Source: Schizochytrium sp. TIO01 (taxonomy: Eukaryota; Protista; Bigyra: Labyrinthulomycetes). Taken from it: a stretch of 64,000 bases of DNA. The stretch's first letter is position 1; every line of letters begins with the position of its first letter. A program made the position numbers and the translations under genes. The notes under the pieces were generated by a model. That model was not told the DNA's origin, searched no databases, and saw nothing but the letters and a program-made list of their open reading frames with translations. The stretch spans positions 1,984,001-2,048,000 of the forward strand of contig SMSO01000035.1 of the NCBI GenBank assembly GCA_004764695.1. The letters run 5' to 3'. Of the stretch, positions 30,001-42,196 are shown in pieces.

Positions 30001-32360
30001 TGTCTTGTGTTTCTAATAGATTGTCTGGAACTGAATAAATGCAGTGGCTATGATCGAAATTCCGTTAAGCCCCGATCAACAGGCTCGCGACTTTCAAGGT
30101 GGACATCAGCCACCACTAAGTCTCCAATTGTCTAGGTCTCCTTCTAAAGATTTCTACACAACTCATTTGTTGATGTTTACTTATCCTTTTCTAAAAACGC
30201 AATTATTATACCACTAAATCCTGGCTCGAGAATAGGTCTTCTTTTCCCTTCCACCACTCACAGAATTACCATCACATCATCGGCACTTGCGCAGGTTAAA
30301 GACCCTTGCCTACTAGTAAATATCCTCTCACTAATATAGCTTGACATTTACGTAGCGGTCCCTAACATGGAATTCGCTACTACCTACGTGTAAACAAAAA
30401 ACAAGAAAAACAAAAACAAGAACATAGCTAAAAAGTGTGATACCTAAAGCAAAATTTGCAAAAAAAAAATAATACAAAATCGAAGTTGTTCAAAGTAAGT
30501 AGGTAAGTACCTGGGTACTACGTAGTCTCCTGCTTGTCGAAGCAATAAACGAGGGTATCCAGAATGTAAAAGGATGGTAGTAGTCAGGTAGGAGAATAAT
30601 GGAAACAAAAGAGTAGACGGTAGGAGTGGTTAGTCAGCAACTATGATAGGTAATGTTGGTGTTGACGGCTACTTTGTTTCACAACAAATGAGCGCGAGGA
30701 ATATTAGTTGCCTAACCACCTGCTAACTAATGCTATCTCCTCTGGCTAAATGCGCAGCCACGCAAACTCGCAAACTAGCAATCTCCCGCGATAAGGGTTG
30801 TTGCCATCAGTTTAGTACCTGGTTTTCTAATCAAAGTCTGAGATGAAAATGCTAGGCCGTGAGTGGTGTTGCAACGATATTTCATTATAAGACCTCGGGA
30901 TGTCCGAAAGGGTCTTGAATTTCTCTCTCCTGTTAGGAGACTGAACTATTGTCGGAAAACCGAGCCATGACAGCCTCCGTTTCGACAAGGTGCGGCATAG
31001 ACACTTATAGCGTTTTACACCCCTTTTTTATTGTTAAGTAAAATCTTCGTCTCTGAAAGCCCACGGCACTCTAGAGTTGCTACCAACCTGTATTCACTCT
31101 GATTTATTAGATATTATTACCAATCCACAACAATCTTTTGTAGACTAATATGCACATCTGAGAGTCTCCGAGTCCGAGCCTGCGAAAGGAAGCACGCGGA
31201 ATGGGTCCCCAGAGGGTTACATTTGTTCATGGGTGGAAGCTGCGGAGCCTTTTCAGCTATAAATTTGACTAGTCGATACGTGCACAACTTTTGAAGCAAG
31301 AGACTATCATGGTAGCCATCCCTAAGTGTGTATACTGCACAAGTAACAGCAGATGTTCACACATGCAATTAAATGGCCGTTCCTACCAGTAAACTTATAC
31401 GAAGTACATACCAATAATTGATCGTTTACTTGGTAGGTAATAGTACTAGACATATATGGTAAGAGAGGGAATTCTATTTTTGAATTAAAAAGTAATACAA
31501 AACCATGTGTATCCATGCATCACCTCCGCGCCTTTTCTTGACTGAAAGAAACGAGGATGACTGGTGCTAACCTGCTTCTTAGGTTGAATCGATTGTGACC
31601 CATACCAAAACCAAAGAGGCTCCTTTTCTGAAAATAGAGCATGTTGTCAGTGGCACTTAGAGGAGAGGATGAGCAAAAATAGCAAATAGGAGGTGGCCAA
31701 AATGTACGGTTGTGTGCATATATATTAACATTAAATTTTAAAATTGCAGGCCTGGGAACTGTAAAAAAGTACTTTGCTAAAAGACGTGCAGGTGTTTAAA
31801 ATTTAGATTGCATTAATACCGCGGTTGAGACGTGCACAACGTCACTTCCAAGAACATGAAGAAGCTCTTTTCTGTTTAGAAACACAAGCCAGGTTGACGT
31901 AGCTTTCTAAAAAAACGAAGGCCTCATCTTTCGGCGTTGGCAAGACCCAAACCATTAATTGTGAAGCCTTGGGTTGCATGAAAGTAGAATTCTTGGCCTA
32001 GTAGATGCAGTATCAAGTCTTACTTGCACTTGTTTAATTTACACCTTTTAAAATAATCGGCGCGTGAAAAAAGCTCGAGCTATTGCAGTACGCTAAAGCA
32101 GGAAGCACAATTGCAGCTGGGCAAAACAAATTGGAAACCTAGCTCCAATATACACCAGATCCTTAACACGTCGTGCGTTTTGAGCAGGATCGTTACGCGA
32201 AAGCTTTGAGACTGTGATATCGACCCTGTTTCGCCCCCATTCAATTGGCGAACACCCGAAGTTGCAGACTTCATAAAAGAGTTATAAACGGAGGCAAGCT
32301 TGCTTGTCGCAGTTCTGAGTGAAAGAAATATAGACATCAGCCTTCTAAATAACATTGGCA

Positions 32361-33890
32361 ATGCAACGAATCATGAATCTCTGCCGCCTGCTGGTAGTTT
32401 TAATGGTCCTTGTTGCACCCCATTCATGCATGGGCAGACGCTTGGGAGAACTAAGCAACACCAGCATCGCAGCTTCAAGTGAGGATGAAGGTTCTTCTGA
32501 TAGCAACTTGGTGAACATCGCTAGCAGCAGCGCCACCACTGGTGGTGAATTAATCGCTATTGGCAACAACACAGTCACTGCAAAAATTGTTGGTGGCTCT
32601 ATCGTTACCAACAGCGACTTTGGTTTCGCTGTCTCTTTACACCTATCAAATGGTCAGGTCATGTGTGGTGGAAGTCTCATTCATCGCGATTATGTCTTGA
32701 CAGCTACGCATTGTTATTATGGTTCGCTCAGTGTTGCGTATGTTCAGGTTGGTGTCTACAACCTGAAGAAGAATTCAAACCTTCGCATTCGCTATGTGGA
32801 AACTGCATACAAACACTCAGGCTATTCGACAGCTACGAATGATGTTACAATTCTGAAGCTCAAGGCTCTTTCTTCGGAAAGCGCTTATAGTTCATATCCA
32901 GATGCAATCTCCCTGTACAGTGAAACCGGTGGAAGTCTCGAGGACCCATACACCACAGCAACTGTGATGGGCTGGGGTTTTTTAGCACCTGCATCTCGTT
33001 ATCAAGACGAGTTAAGGAGCGTTAATGTGCCCTTGTCTACAGATGAGCAATGCGCAACTGCATATCCTAAATATTTCACGACGAACAATATTTGTGCTGG
33101 CGACTACACGAATGGTGGCAAGGACTCGTGCACAGGTGATTCTGGTGGTCCACTTGTAGTGGCGGACAGCACTGCTTCAAGTGGATACCGTCAAGTTGGT
33201 ATTGTCAGCTATGGTTATAGTTGTGCCTTGGCTGGCTATCCTGGTCTTTACATGCGTGTCTCCAGCTACTATGAGTGGATTCGCTCCATCCTAGCTGCTG
33301 GGGGCGTCAGCTTGCCGGCCGGCAAGGGTACGACTCTTTCACCAGACGATGGCGATAGTGACGACAACGACGACAGTGAAGATGATGACACGTCAATGGA
33401 AAACGCTTTGGGCCTTGTTGACCTGGGTGACAAGAAAACCAAGTGTAGATCGGCTAATGTTATACAGAAGTACTCTGGCATTTCTGACCCTCTGGCCTGC
33501 GCTGAAAAATGCGAGGCTACGGATTCGTGTGACACATTTGTTATAAAGACAAAGGGCAGTGGTCGTTGCGATTTGTATTCAGAGTCTACGTGTCAAGAGC
33601 GGTCTGCTGGTTCAATCTGGTCACTTTACTCGATCAGTGATGTTGATGAATTCAAATCTACTTTGGCAAGCATGACTAGCTTTGCCGAGGTTGATGATGT
33701 TTCTTGTGAATCGGCTTACATGGTAGAGAAAGCCACAGGTGCTACCGCGTCTTCATGTCAAACATCTTGTCTCAAACAGGACTTCTGCGCTGTCGCAGTC
33801 CTTTCCGGTTCTATATGCTCAATGTACCACTCCTGCAATTTCGGTGCTTCAACTGGAGTATCTGCATACATTCGCGAGGCATCTCGCTGA
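32361..33890 (+). CDS. Secreted trypsin-like (S1A) serine protease with two C-terminal Cys-rich PAN/apple-like modules
   Basis: Signal peptide, activation site K|IVGG, catalytic LTATHC / NDVTILKL / GDSGGP, Asp in the S1 pocket (GKDSC), acidic linker, then CxxxCxxxxxC...C modules. ATG at 32361. Confidence 0.9.
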   Translation: MQRIMNLCRLLVVLMVLVAPHSCMGRRLGELSNTSIAASSEDEGSSDSNLVNIASSSATTGGELIAIGNNTVTAKIVGGSIVTNSDFGFAVSLHLSNGQVMCGGSLIHRDYVLTATHCYYGSLSVAYVQVGVYNLKKNSNLRIRYVETAYKHSGYSTATNDVTILKLKALSSESAYSSYPDAISLYSETGGSLEDPYTTATVMGWGFLAPASRYQDELRSVNVPLSTDEQCATAYPKYFTTNNICAGDYTNGGKDSCTGDSGGPLVVADSTASSGYRQVGIVSYGYSCALAGYPGLYMRVSSYYEWIRSILAAGGVSLPAGKGTTLSPDDGDSDDNDDSEDDDTSMENALGLVDLGDKKTKCRSANVIQKYSGISDPLACAEKCEATDSCDTFVIKTKGSGRCDLYSESTCQERSAGSIWSLYSISDVDEFKSTLASMTSFAEVDDVSCESAYMVEKATGATASSCQTSCLKQDFCAVAVLSGSICSMYHSCNFGASTGVSAYIREASR

Positions 33891-34592
33891 TCGTCTCTCT
33901 TTCTGGATTTTTTTTTGATTCTGCAAAACCTGATTTCCAAAACCAACCTGTGGCCTGTTCCTTAGCTCTTGATGACCTCGGTCTGAACCTACACTAACCA
34001 ATTGAGTCCATAAATAAAGCATTTGCTTCTTTTGAAAAAGCATTCATACTAAGAACTATAGTACATCCACGTGATGGTCTTCACTGAGTCCTAGTGCATT
34101 TAGTTTTTTTAAAGGGGAGGGTGAGTAACAACGAGACAGAAGAGACAACTCTGAAATACCGTAGGCAACTCATGTCGCTTCGCCTCTCGTCTCAACCATG
34201 ACATTACTTTTCCTACGGCTGAATTACAAAACCTTGTATACAAATCTGTTCTGAACCTCTAGGATTAAAATCAGAGAGGTTAAAAAGGAGAGTTTCTTGA
34301 GGTGAACCCACAGAAAGAACTCGTCACCAACAAGAAGAATACTTTAATTTTCAATAAGCTCTCTGTTGCTTCAAGAGTTTCATTCGTTCACTCGATAAGC
34401 AGTCAAAGGAGACCAACCGCAATGACCAGAAGATGAAATAGCATACGAACCAAACATGTTTTTTGCGGCTATGGGATGATTACTATTAGTTTTCACTCTT
34501 CTTAAGAGTGAAGATCATACATGATTCTGCTTACTTAAAAACTAATCTAATAAATACAATTCGGTAAATTAAAAATATGGTTTGCTTAGTTA

Positions 34593-35564
34593 TTACATCA
34601 TTTGCACATCACCGTCGTTATCGCCGTCTTCAGAGTTCTGGTCCTGAGTGTACTGAGGGTGGTTGGCGTCTCCATCTTCTTCGCTAATGAATTCGATTTG
34701 AGGCGATGGTCTAGCGGGTCCATACATCGAGGAGTATGGCTGGTGTTCATAAGATGATGGGTGGTAATAAGGAACCATAGCCCCGGCACGGTTGTCACCA
34801 CGACCACCCCCACCAGGTCGGTAAGGAACCATCTGTAGATCTGACGGGTGAAAGTTGGCAGAGTTACATACTTCACCATCACAAATTCTAGGGAACTGGA
34901 CAGTGGACCGCATCTTCGCCATAGATGGCTCTTTCCCATTCGGGTTTTTGTATGGCACCATTTGCAGCTGGGAAAGGTCCCAATCCTCCGGCCCAGTCAC
35001 ATCGCTCATGGACACTTCTTGCTCTGATGACATTGGCATGAATCCGGTATTTTTGTTCGCTGCCGTTGCCGCTTGAGGTAAAAAAGCCTCAGGGTCCATC
35101 CTGGCGCGTTTGGTTGGTAAGCTTCCATCGGGAGCGGCCATCGCTGCCTCTGGTGTCATCATATTTCCTGGTTGTGCCATTGAATCAAGATCGTTGGCTC
35201 TTCGCTTTCTTTGAACCGGGGAAATGCCTGGCACGCCAGATCCATTCTGCTGTGCCTGCTGAAAGGTGAAGCCATTCCCGTTTCCATTGAAGTTGTTGTT
35301 GTTAAAGATACTTCCGTTGTTACCACCGTTGAAGCCAAAGCTATTGTTGCTGGAATATCCAAAACCGTTCCCTGCTGAAGGTGTCGTGGCAGCACCGGTG
35401 TTTGTTTTCTGCATTTTCGAGGCACCCGGGAAGACCTGCGGCGGTTCACTCACTCGCGGTCTTTTGGTTGCCGACACAAATGGTTCGAAAGACCCTCTTT
35501 TAAGGCCCCTCCCCATAGTTTCTGTGGGAGTCTGCTGTTGCGTTTCTGGAGTAAAAAGGGTCAT
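34593..35564 (-). CDS. Hypothetical low-complexity, probably nuclear protein with three MVPY motifs
   Basis: ~323-aa ORF from ATG 35564, Asn/Gly-rich segment, basic NLS-like clusters (KRPR, RKRR, KRAR). No recognisable domain. Confidence 0.65.
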   Translation of the reverse strand: MTLFTPETQQQTPTETMGRGLKRGSFEPFVSATKRPRVSEPPQVFPGASKMQKTNTGAATTPSAGNGFGYSSNNSFGFNGGNNGSIFNNNNFNGNGNGFTFQQAQQNGSGVPGISPVQRKRRANDLDSMAQPGNMMTPEAAMAAPDGSLPTKRARMDPEAFLPQAATAANKNTGFMPMSSEQEVSMSDVTGPEDWDLSQLQMVPYKNPNGKEPSMAKMRSTVQFPRICDGEVCNSANFHPSDLQMVPYRPGGGGRGDNRAGAMVPYYHPSSYEHQPYSSMYGPARPSPQIEFISEEDGDANHPQYTQDQNSEDGDNDGDVQMM

Positions 35565-36686
35565 TGTGATTTTGAGAGATGAGTGAGTGTGTTTTAGATT
35601 TCGTCGCCTCAACTAGGACAACTCAAACTATCAAAGACTACGGTGTCAAATAGATTCTATCTCACGTGCAAATCTAGCTACAACTAATTCTCAAAGCCTA
35701 GCCTATAGCAAAGATCCAGACCTAATACAAGTCGATTCCACAGCTCCTGGGTCGTACGCAAGTTCCTTGGAGTCGCTGGATACCCGCGCTTTAGTTTGTC
35801 CTCAAAAATCCCTCAAAGTCCACGATGACTGGCGTCCTTCACAGAGCAGGCTTCGCTCGAAGCAAGTTGCTCCACAAGCAGCACCAAAGCAGCAGCACGC
35901 AGCAGGAGAGCAGTGCAGCAGCTCAAACACGCACGCACTAGCAACCCGGACCGCAATCTGGCACTGTCTGGTGTTGGCGTGGAAGTGGACGGAGTTGAGT
36001 TCCTCGTTTGCTGTGGACGCTTCGCAGTCACTCTACAAAACACTTATGTTTTACAACAATTAAAAGAAAGTTTCAATGACACGGGTCATAGCGACATATA
36101 GCATTAACTCCTATCGCTGCTCAGCTTTTGATAAATTAACAAAAAATCGTGGAACTATGTTTATGCAGCTCGAGACTCAGGTGGGATGCCGGCTTGGCGA
36201 AGGCACCCAGGCTTCGAGGGAGGCCGCGGGAGCGATTCTCCGCGAAGGCCTTCCGCTGCGTCAGACTCGGGCCCTCGCCTTCGCCTCCACTCTTCAAGAA
36301 AAGAAAAGACCCCCAAAACAAACAAACACATAAACACATAAACACATAAACAAATAAGTAAATCAATAAACTAAAAATCTGTTTCCGCTTTCTTCCGCGA
36401 GATCCATCGCGAAGCTCTCCGAAACGAACGCCGGTGCTCACCGCCCCACTTCGAGAGGCAGAGGGGCCTCCGCGAGGGGCTTGCCAGGGAGGGCTCTCGA
36501 GGACGGGAGGGCTCACGCTCGCCTCCGGCCGCGGCCACGCAGCCACGGCCGCCGCGAGCAGCGAGAGAACTCGGGACTAGCAGCAGCGCGGAAGCACAAA
36601 GAGGCCTAAAAAGGGGCCTATTGAGGGGCCCTTGGGTCATTTTTTTCCCTCGAGAATCTCTTTCGAAACATTCATGAGAAGAAGAA

Positions 36687-36716
36687 ATGAATGAATGAAT
36701 GAATGAATGAATAAAT
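36687..36716. repeat. (GAAT)n microsatellite
   Basis: Directly visible. Confidence 0.9.
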
Positions 36717-39700
36717 GATCGATGCGCTTCTGTGAATGGGCTTCGAAGAGGACTCGCTCGCAAAGGCTTCGTGGAGCCAAGGCCAGAGGACGGCAGTGCG
36801 GTACGGTGTGGTGGAGGTCATCGCGAGTTGCGACACACTGGAGGCCTGGGTTTGTTTGGCAAGTAGCCGAGCAGAACCTCGAGATGGGTTCTGGGTTCGT
36901 GAGACTTGCTTGTCTCGCTAGCTAGAAAACACACGCGGGCGGCGAGACCGTGGTGGTCCTGGGCATGAGACAGGTGACGCCGGATCGAAGTCAAATTGCA
37001 GAATCACAGCGTCGAGGGAAAGAAGTTTGAGGGGGGTTTCAGGGAATGCAACGAAGCTTTGGATCTCGCAGCTGCGAGGAGTATGCAAGGGTATCTATCT
37101 GGTGATTATGATCATGGATGAAGGAGAACTTCAGGAACCATGGAAGGACCAAAGAGGCTTTTGGAATAGGGCCTCAGAGAAGACAGAGAAAGGCGATGAA
37201 TTCTCTGGGAAGTGGCCTTAGTCTTTTGAGGGAAGAACATCAGTGGATGTGTACTTATGGAGATGAGGGTGGAGCTATTGCTCCTCTCTCACTAAGCGCG
37301 GGAGGCTAGCTACCTCCGCAAGTATTTGGGAGCCTGGTTGAACATAATCGGGAGAGGTGCCGGGAAGTCTTTCTTTTTATATTGTAAGATCAGAGCGACA
37401 ATTTTTCTTAAGCTTATGAATGAAGTCCTCATACAAGATCATATTTCAAATGGAAAACTTGAGTGACACCACAAGTGCTCTTCTTCCTTGCAGATTCACG
37501 ACGACATAAACATTGCTCATAATGTCCACCAGGCAAGAGGATTGACATATGCTTCAGTAAGGGTTATCAGTAAAGCATCAACGAAGGCATCATTGTGACA
37601 GCATAGCTGAGCTGAATAGGGTGCTGGTGGATTGTTCCTCCCGCGTCGCTCTCGCGCCTCAAAAGGCAGACTTGTGTATCGTATTGCAATAGCAGAAAGT
37701 GCAGCAACGTGCATTGCCCTTGATGTGATCAAGTTCTAGCTACAGCAAAAGTAGGATCTGAGCAAGTACAGGCCTGAATCGGTCTAACCCTTCTGTCATT
37801 ACATAGACGCTTTGCACTTCCCAAGTACATTCCAACTATAGTATCTTGGAGCGCTTCGTGGGCATAGGTACCTGGACCTTACCATAGGATATGTAGCCCG
37901 GTAGAAAGAAGGAAGGGCACAACATAAGCGGAGAGTGGTATGTGATGGCTTTGCTACATTATTGTTGTTATTTATACACCAGCCGGACCTTACCTTCACT
38001 TGTCTTTCTGAACGTCCTTGCAACATTCTCTATACTACAGAGCACTATTGCTATTAATCTTAGAAGCTTTATATGATCGAGATGCTTGTGCGTGCTACTC
38101 ATTATCATGATAGAAGAAAAAATTGAATAATTTCCCAATTAGATTCTAGCAGCGTGTGATCTGTCATGTATTGTTGCCGTTCGTGACCCTGATCCTCATT
38201 ACTGGCATAATATGTGGGTGCGGGTGCAGAGATCGCAATAGTCATGAACTGGTATCGCAGAAATGCAAATGTTGAAAGTGGATTATGCGTGCCACTCGCG
38301 ATTCAGCGTTTCATTTGGAAAGACTGTAGAACCTTGACTAATATTCGAGGCCCGCAACATATTCTCAGCCGTGGCAGCAAACCTCCGCCTAGTTATAGTG
38401 GACATTCTCCGTTTCGGAGGGGCCTAAGGGATGGATTTGCTGTTATGGAATTCGAGCTATGATGCACTCTCAAACTTGAAGTTTCTTGATATTTTCTCTT
38501 GATCTGAAGAAATGAAAGAATAGTCCAGCTTAAGGTCCACAAAGTATCTTGGTACGTCCGCTTACACGCAAGTATTTGAGGCGCAGTCTGTTACTTTTTG
38601 TGCATTGACACTTTCCCGCTTTCACATATTTCTACATCACCAAACAAAACATCATGGTGGAAGTTATTTTCTTGTTACTCATTTCCACTGCTGTCACTAG
38701 ATTTTGTGTGTCACTTCTTCTCACAGGACTCTCACCAAATACACTAGAAAGCTTGACGCTATATTACGCACAAGTGAGGCAAATGTCTCAAACGAACTTC
38801 TTCACTTCTTATACAAAGAAAATGTCCAGCCCAGCTGTCTAACTTTCACGTGCAGCAGGCAGAAACCAATCAAAAGTTATCAGTCTTTCACCTCGTTCGC
38901 CCTGACTTACTTCTGCGTTCATATCGCTCTCGCTTTGCAGACCTAGCAGGTACCCAGGAGCTTATTCTCATGTTAAATTTCCCACAACCCTCAAAAGGAT
39001 GGAGCCTCACAATCATACTCGTGGTCACCTTTGACTTCGTAAATCATCTTCAGCAGAACCCTTCAACTACAAGCAAATCGTCAACAACTCCAGTGCCCTC
39101 CGCTTGCAGAGGCCCTCAAGAAGGTTAGCTCGAGGGCGTTTCCTCGAGAGTTCTCTTCAAGCAGGCGTGGTCCGTTGGGCATGGGCCTCTCGGCCAGCAG
39201 CCTGGAGAGCATTCGTTCCCCGAGTGTCCCGGCCCGCCCGGACTTCTGCCACAGAACTGCAAGTTGCAGTTGCATGCAGTTCTAGTTTGTTTGCGTTTCT
39301 CGAGTACTTGTTTATCAAGAAACCGAGCAGGTTTTGACGGGAGTGCTGTCGTCCTTGCTCCCTGTCGCAGCCATGAATGCTCCGAGTTCCCCGAAGCCTC
39401 GGGCCATCTCTGGAATGCCCTTGCCTTGATCTTCGACTCGAAGTTGTTCGATTCGTCCCATTGGTTCTTATTCCTTCAATTCCTTTTGGAGCGAAAGAGA
39501 GAACCAAAGAAAGAGAGAAAGAGAAAAAGAGACAGAGAACGAAAGAACGAAAGAACGAAAGAACGAAAGGAGTTTCTTCTCATAGATCGCCTCTTAGATT
39601 GAAGACAGATAATGATATACCAAAAAAAATATTAAAAAAATAAGATAACAGTGATAGCAGGCGAAAGAGAAAGAGCGGAACGGCAGGTTTATCGTTATCG

Positions 39701-40066
39701 ATCGAAGAGTCCAGTTCGTGAAGCGGGGTAAAGCTTGCGGAGCTTGCGGAGCCTGGGGGTGGTGGAGACCGCCTGGCTCTTGGAGGCGTCTCTGGAGCTG
39801 GCGTGGAGGCGCCCCGCTCTGCGCTTTGGCCACGAATCAGACAGATCTCTGCGCAAAGTCAAAGGCCTGAAGTGCACACCGCTTCTGCTTACGCGCCTGT
39901 TCAGTTAGTTTTGTTTGGTAGTAACTAATTAACACTCACTCATTCATTGTATCACAAAGGAGCAAAGGATTAAAGGTTGAAGGACTGCAATCAGAAAAGA
40001 ACACATTCGTCATAAAAGGGGCGAAAAGAAAGGCGGTGTTCTTTTTTGTTTGTTTCAATTTGAATG

Positions 40067-40067
<1 letters not shown>

Positions 40068-40104
<37 letters not shown>

Positions 40105-41016
40105 AAATGAACCGAAGAAGAGAACTGAAGAAGAGGAATGAATTCAAGAGCCAAGGCAAACAAAACCAAGCGCGTGGTTTCCTTGGTTGTGCGCATATTC
40201 CGCGGCCCTTCTTAAAGGCAGAGAGCGCCAGACGGAGCCAAAGGAACCCTGCGAGGAGCTCACGTTTTGGGCGCAGTTCTGCGTTGTTTGTTGGCTTCTT
40301 CGACGCAGGGTTTGGGTCTTTGTTCTGAGTCAATTGTTTGTTTGTTGTTTATTGTTGTTTGCAGTGGAACCGCAGAAGAGAAGAGAAAAGAAGAGAAAAA
40401 GGGAAAAAAAAAGAAAGAAAAAAAAGAAAAAAAAGAAAGAACTTTGAAAGAAAGAACTTTGAAAGAAGGAATTCAAATTTCAAAGCCGTCGATCGATCGA
40501 TCCATCGATCGAAAACGCGGATGGATGGATGGATATACATACATACATACATTCATCGATCGTCGCCGCCGCCACTGCCTGCGCAGAAGGAAGGCCCTCT
40601 GGCGCGAACCCCTGCTCCTCCGCAGCCTCTCCCCCGCGACTGAGTCCGCTGCTTTCGCGAGCGAGACTTGGCTTGGCTTGGCTTGGCTTGGCGGGTTTCA
40701 AACTGAGCGAGGCGGATTTGAAACCATTCGCATATATATATGTATATATATGTATATATGTCTATCATTTGATATGTAATTATTGGTTTTCTTTCTTTCT
40801 TCCATGTTTGAATGAATGAGTAAATAATTGAATGAATGAATGAATGAATGAATGAATGAATGAATGAATAAATAAATCAATAAACAAATGAATGAATGAA
40901 TGAATGAATGAATGAATGAATGAATAAATAAATCAATAAACAAATGAATGAATGAATGAATGAATGAATGAATGAATGAATGAATGAATGAATGAATGAA
41001 TGAGTGAGTGAGTGAG
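40068..41016. repeat. Microsatellite island: (GATT)n, A/G purine tract, (GATC)/(GGAT)/(TACA)n, (CTTGG)n, TA-rich run, long (GAAT)n with a duplicated AATAAATCAATAAACAAAT spacer
   Basis: Directly visible tandem arrays at about 40068-40104, 40375-40445, 40490-40552, 40667-40691, 40731-40760 and 40810-41016. Confidence 0.9.
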
Positions 41017-42196
41017 ACCCAATAAGAAGCACGTATTAAAATAGAGATTAATAAAGAAGAAGACAGAATATCTAAGGAGAAGGAGAAATAGGTTCACGAA
41101 TTGAATTCCTGTTTGAAAACTTGTATCAAACTCGGTTCGATGCACTCACTGACTGCAAATCGGTTTGAATCGGGATCGCCACCGCGGCAGTCTTGAAAGC
41201 GAGCAGGCAGCGCAACTGGGCACGGGCCGCAGCCTTGCGACGCAGCAGCCGCAGCCGCCGACGCAGAGGGAGCGAGGCGCAGTTCATGGCGCGGAGGTAC
41301 TCACTCACTCACTCATTCACTCCTCGCTCGCTCGCAGCCTTCTGCATTGATTGAGGCCGCCGGCAACCTCGTTCTTCCCCCGGGGAACGGGATCGACCTC
41401 ACCGTTGGATCGACTGAGGCGAGAGCTCGCGTTGCTTGCGTGCTTGCTTGCGTGCGTGCTTGCGAGTCCGGTCTTCTGCCCTGTGGCAGACACTCCTCCT
41501 CTCGACCCTGCGCAAGATCATCAGAGCAGGCTTTCTGTCTCCGTTGATCACCAGTTGTAGTTTCCTTGTGACCGCAACTACTAAAAAGGCGGCCCGACTT
41601 GTAGCCGCGCATTCCGTCGCATTCATAGACTCCATTGCGGCCTCAGGCTTAATTCAATTTGTCTTCGAATTACCCGATCCTGGCACCCGAAATCGAGCTG
41701 AAGCCGCGTCATACCTGTCGCGCGACGTTTTCTGCCTAGCTGGAGACCTTTGAAGAGCTTTCCAGGAGGAGGAGGTCTTCTGCTGCTGCTGCCGATTAAG
41801 TTGTTTCGTGGGCATCGTCACTTTGTCCTTCTGACCCGTCGGAATTCTTGTACAGGAAGGAGAACGCTCGTGGTACAAAATACGCAGAGACTGAAAACAC
41901 AAATTTAACAAACAAAAAATTCCCTTAGAAAGTAGAGGAAGAAAGCAGATACTAGGTACTAGGTAGAAACTACCTACCTACCTACCTACGATCGACCCGC
42001 TGATCCCAGTTCTTCTGAGAGGCACTTTCTTCAGTTCCTGGAGGGGGGTTGAGTGAGTGAGCCTAGCGGTACTTGTGGCCCATAGTAACACCTGCAAAAG
42101 ATTTGGGTGAAGGTATTAGGTACTGCTTAGTTATTGTGTTTTAGCTGGCGTCGCTGTTTTCCCTGTGGAACTGGGCAGTCAAATAGCTTCGTCGGG

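Noticed and set aside
37495-37600. Frame reading HNVHQARGLTY, loosely like an SF1 helicase motif
   Set aside because: Single short degenerate match in a short frame with no other helicase motifs nearby.
40267-41145. ORFs with IHSF, KKKRK or similar repeats (also 14268-14456 and 53948-54415)
   Set aside because: Translations of microsatellites and purine tracts.
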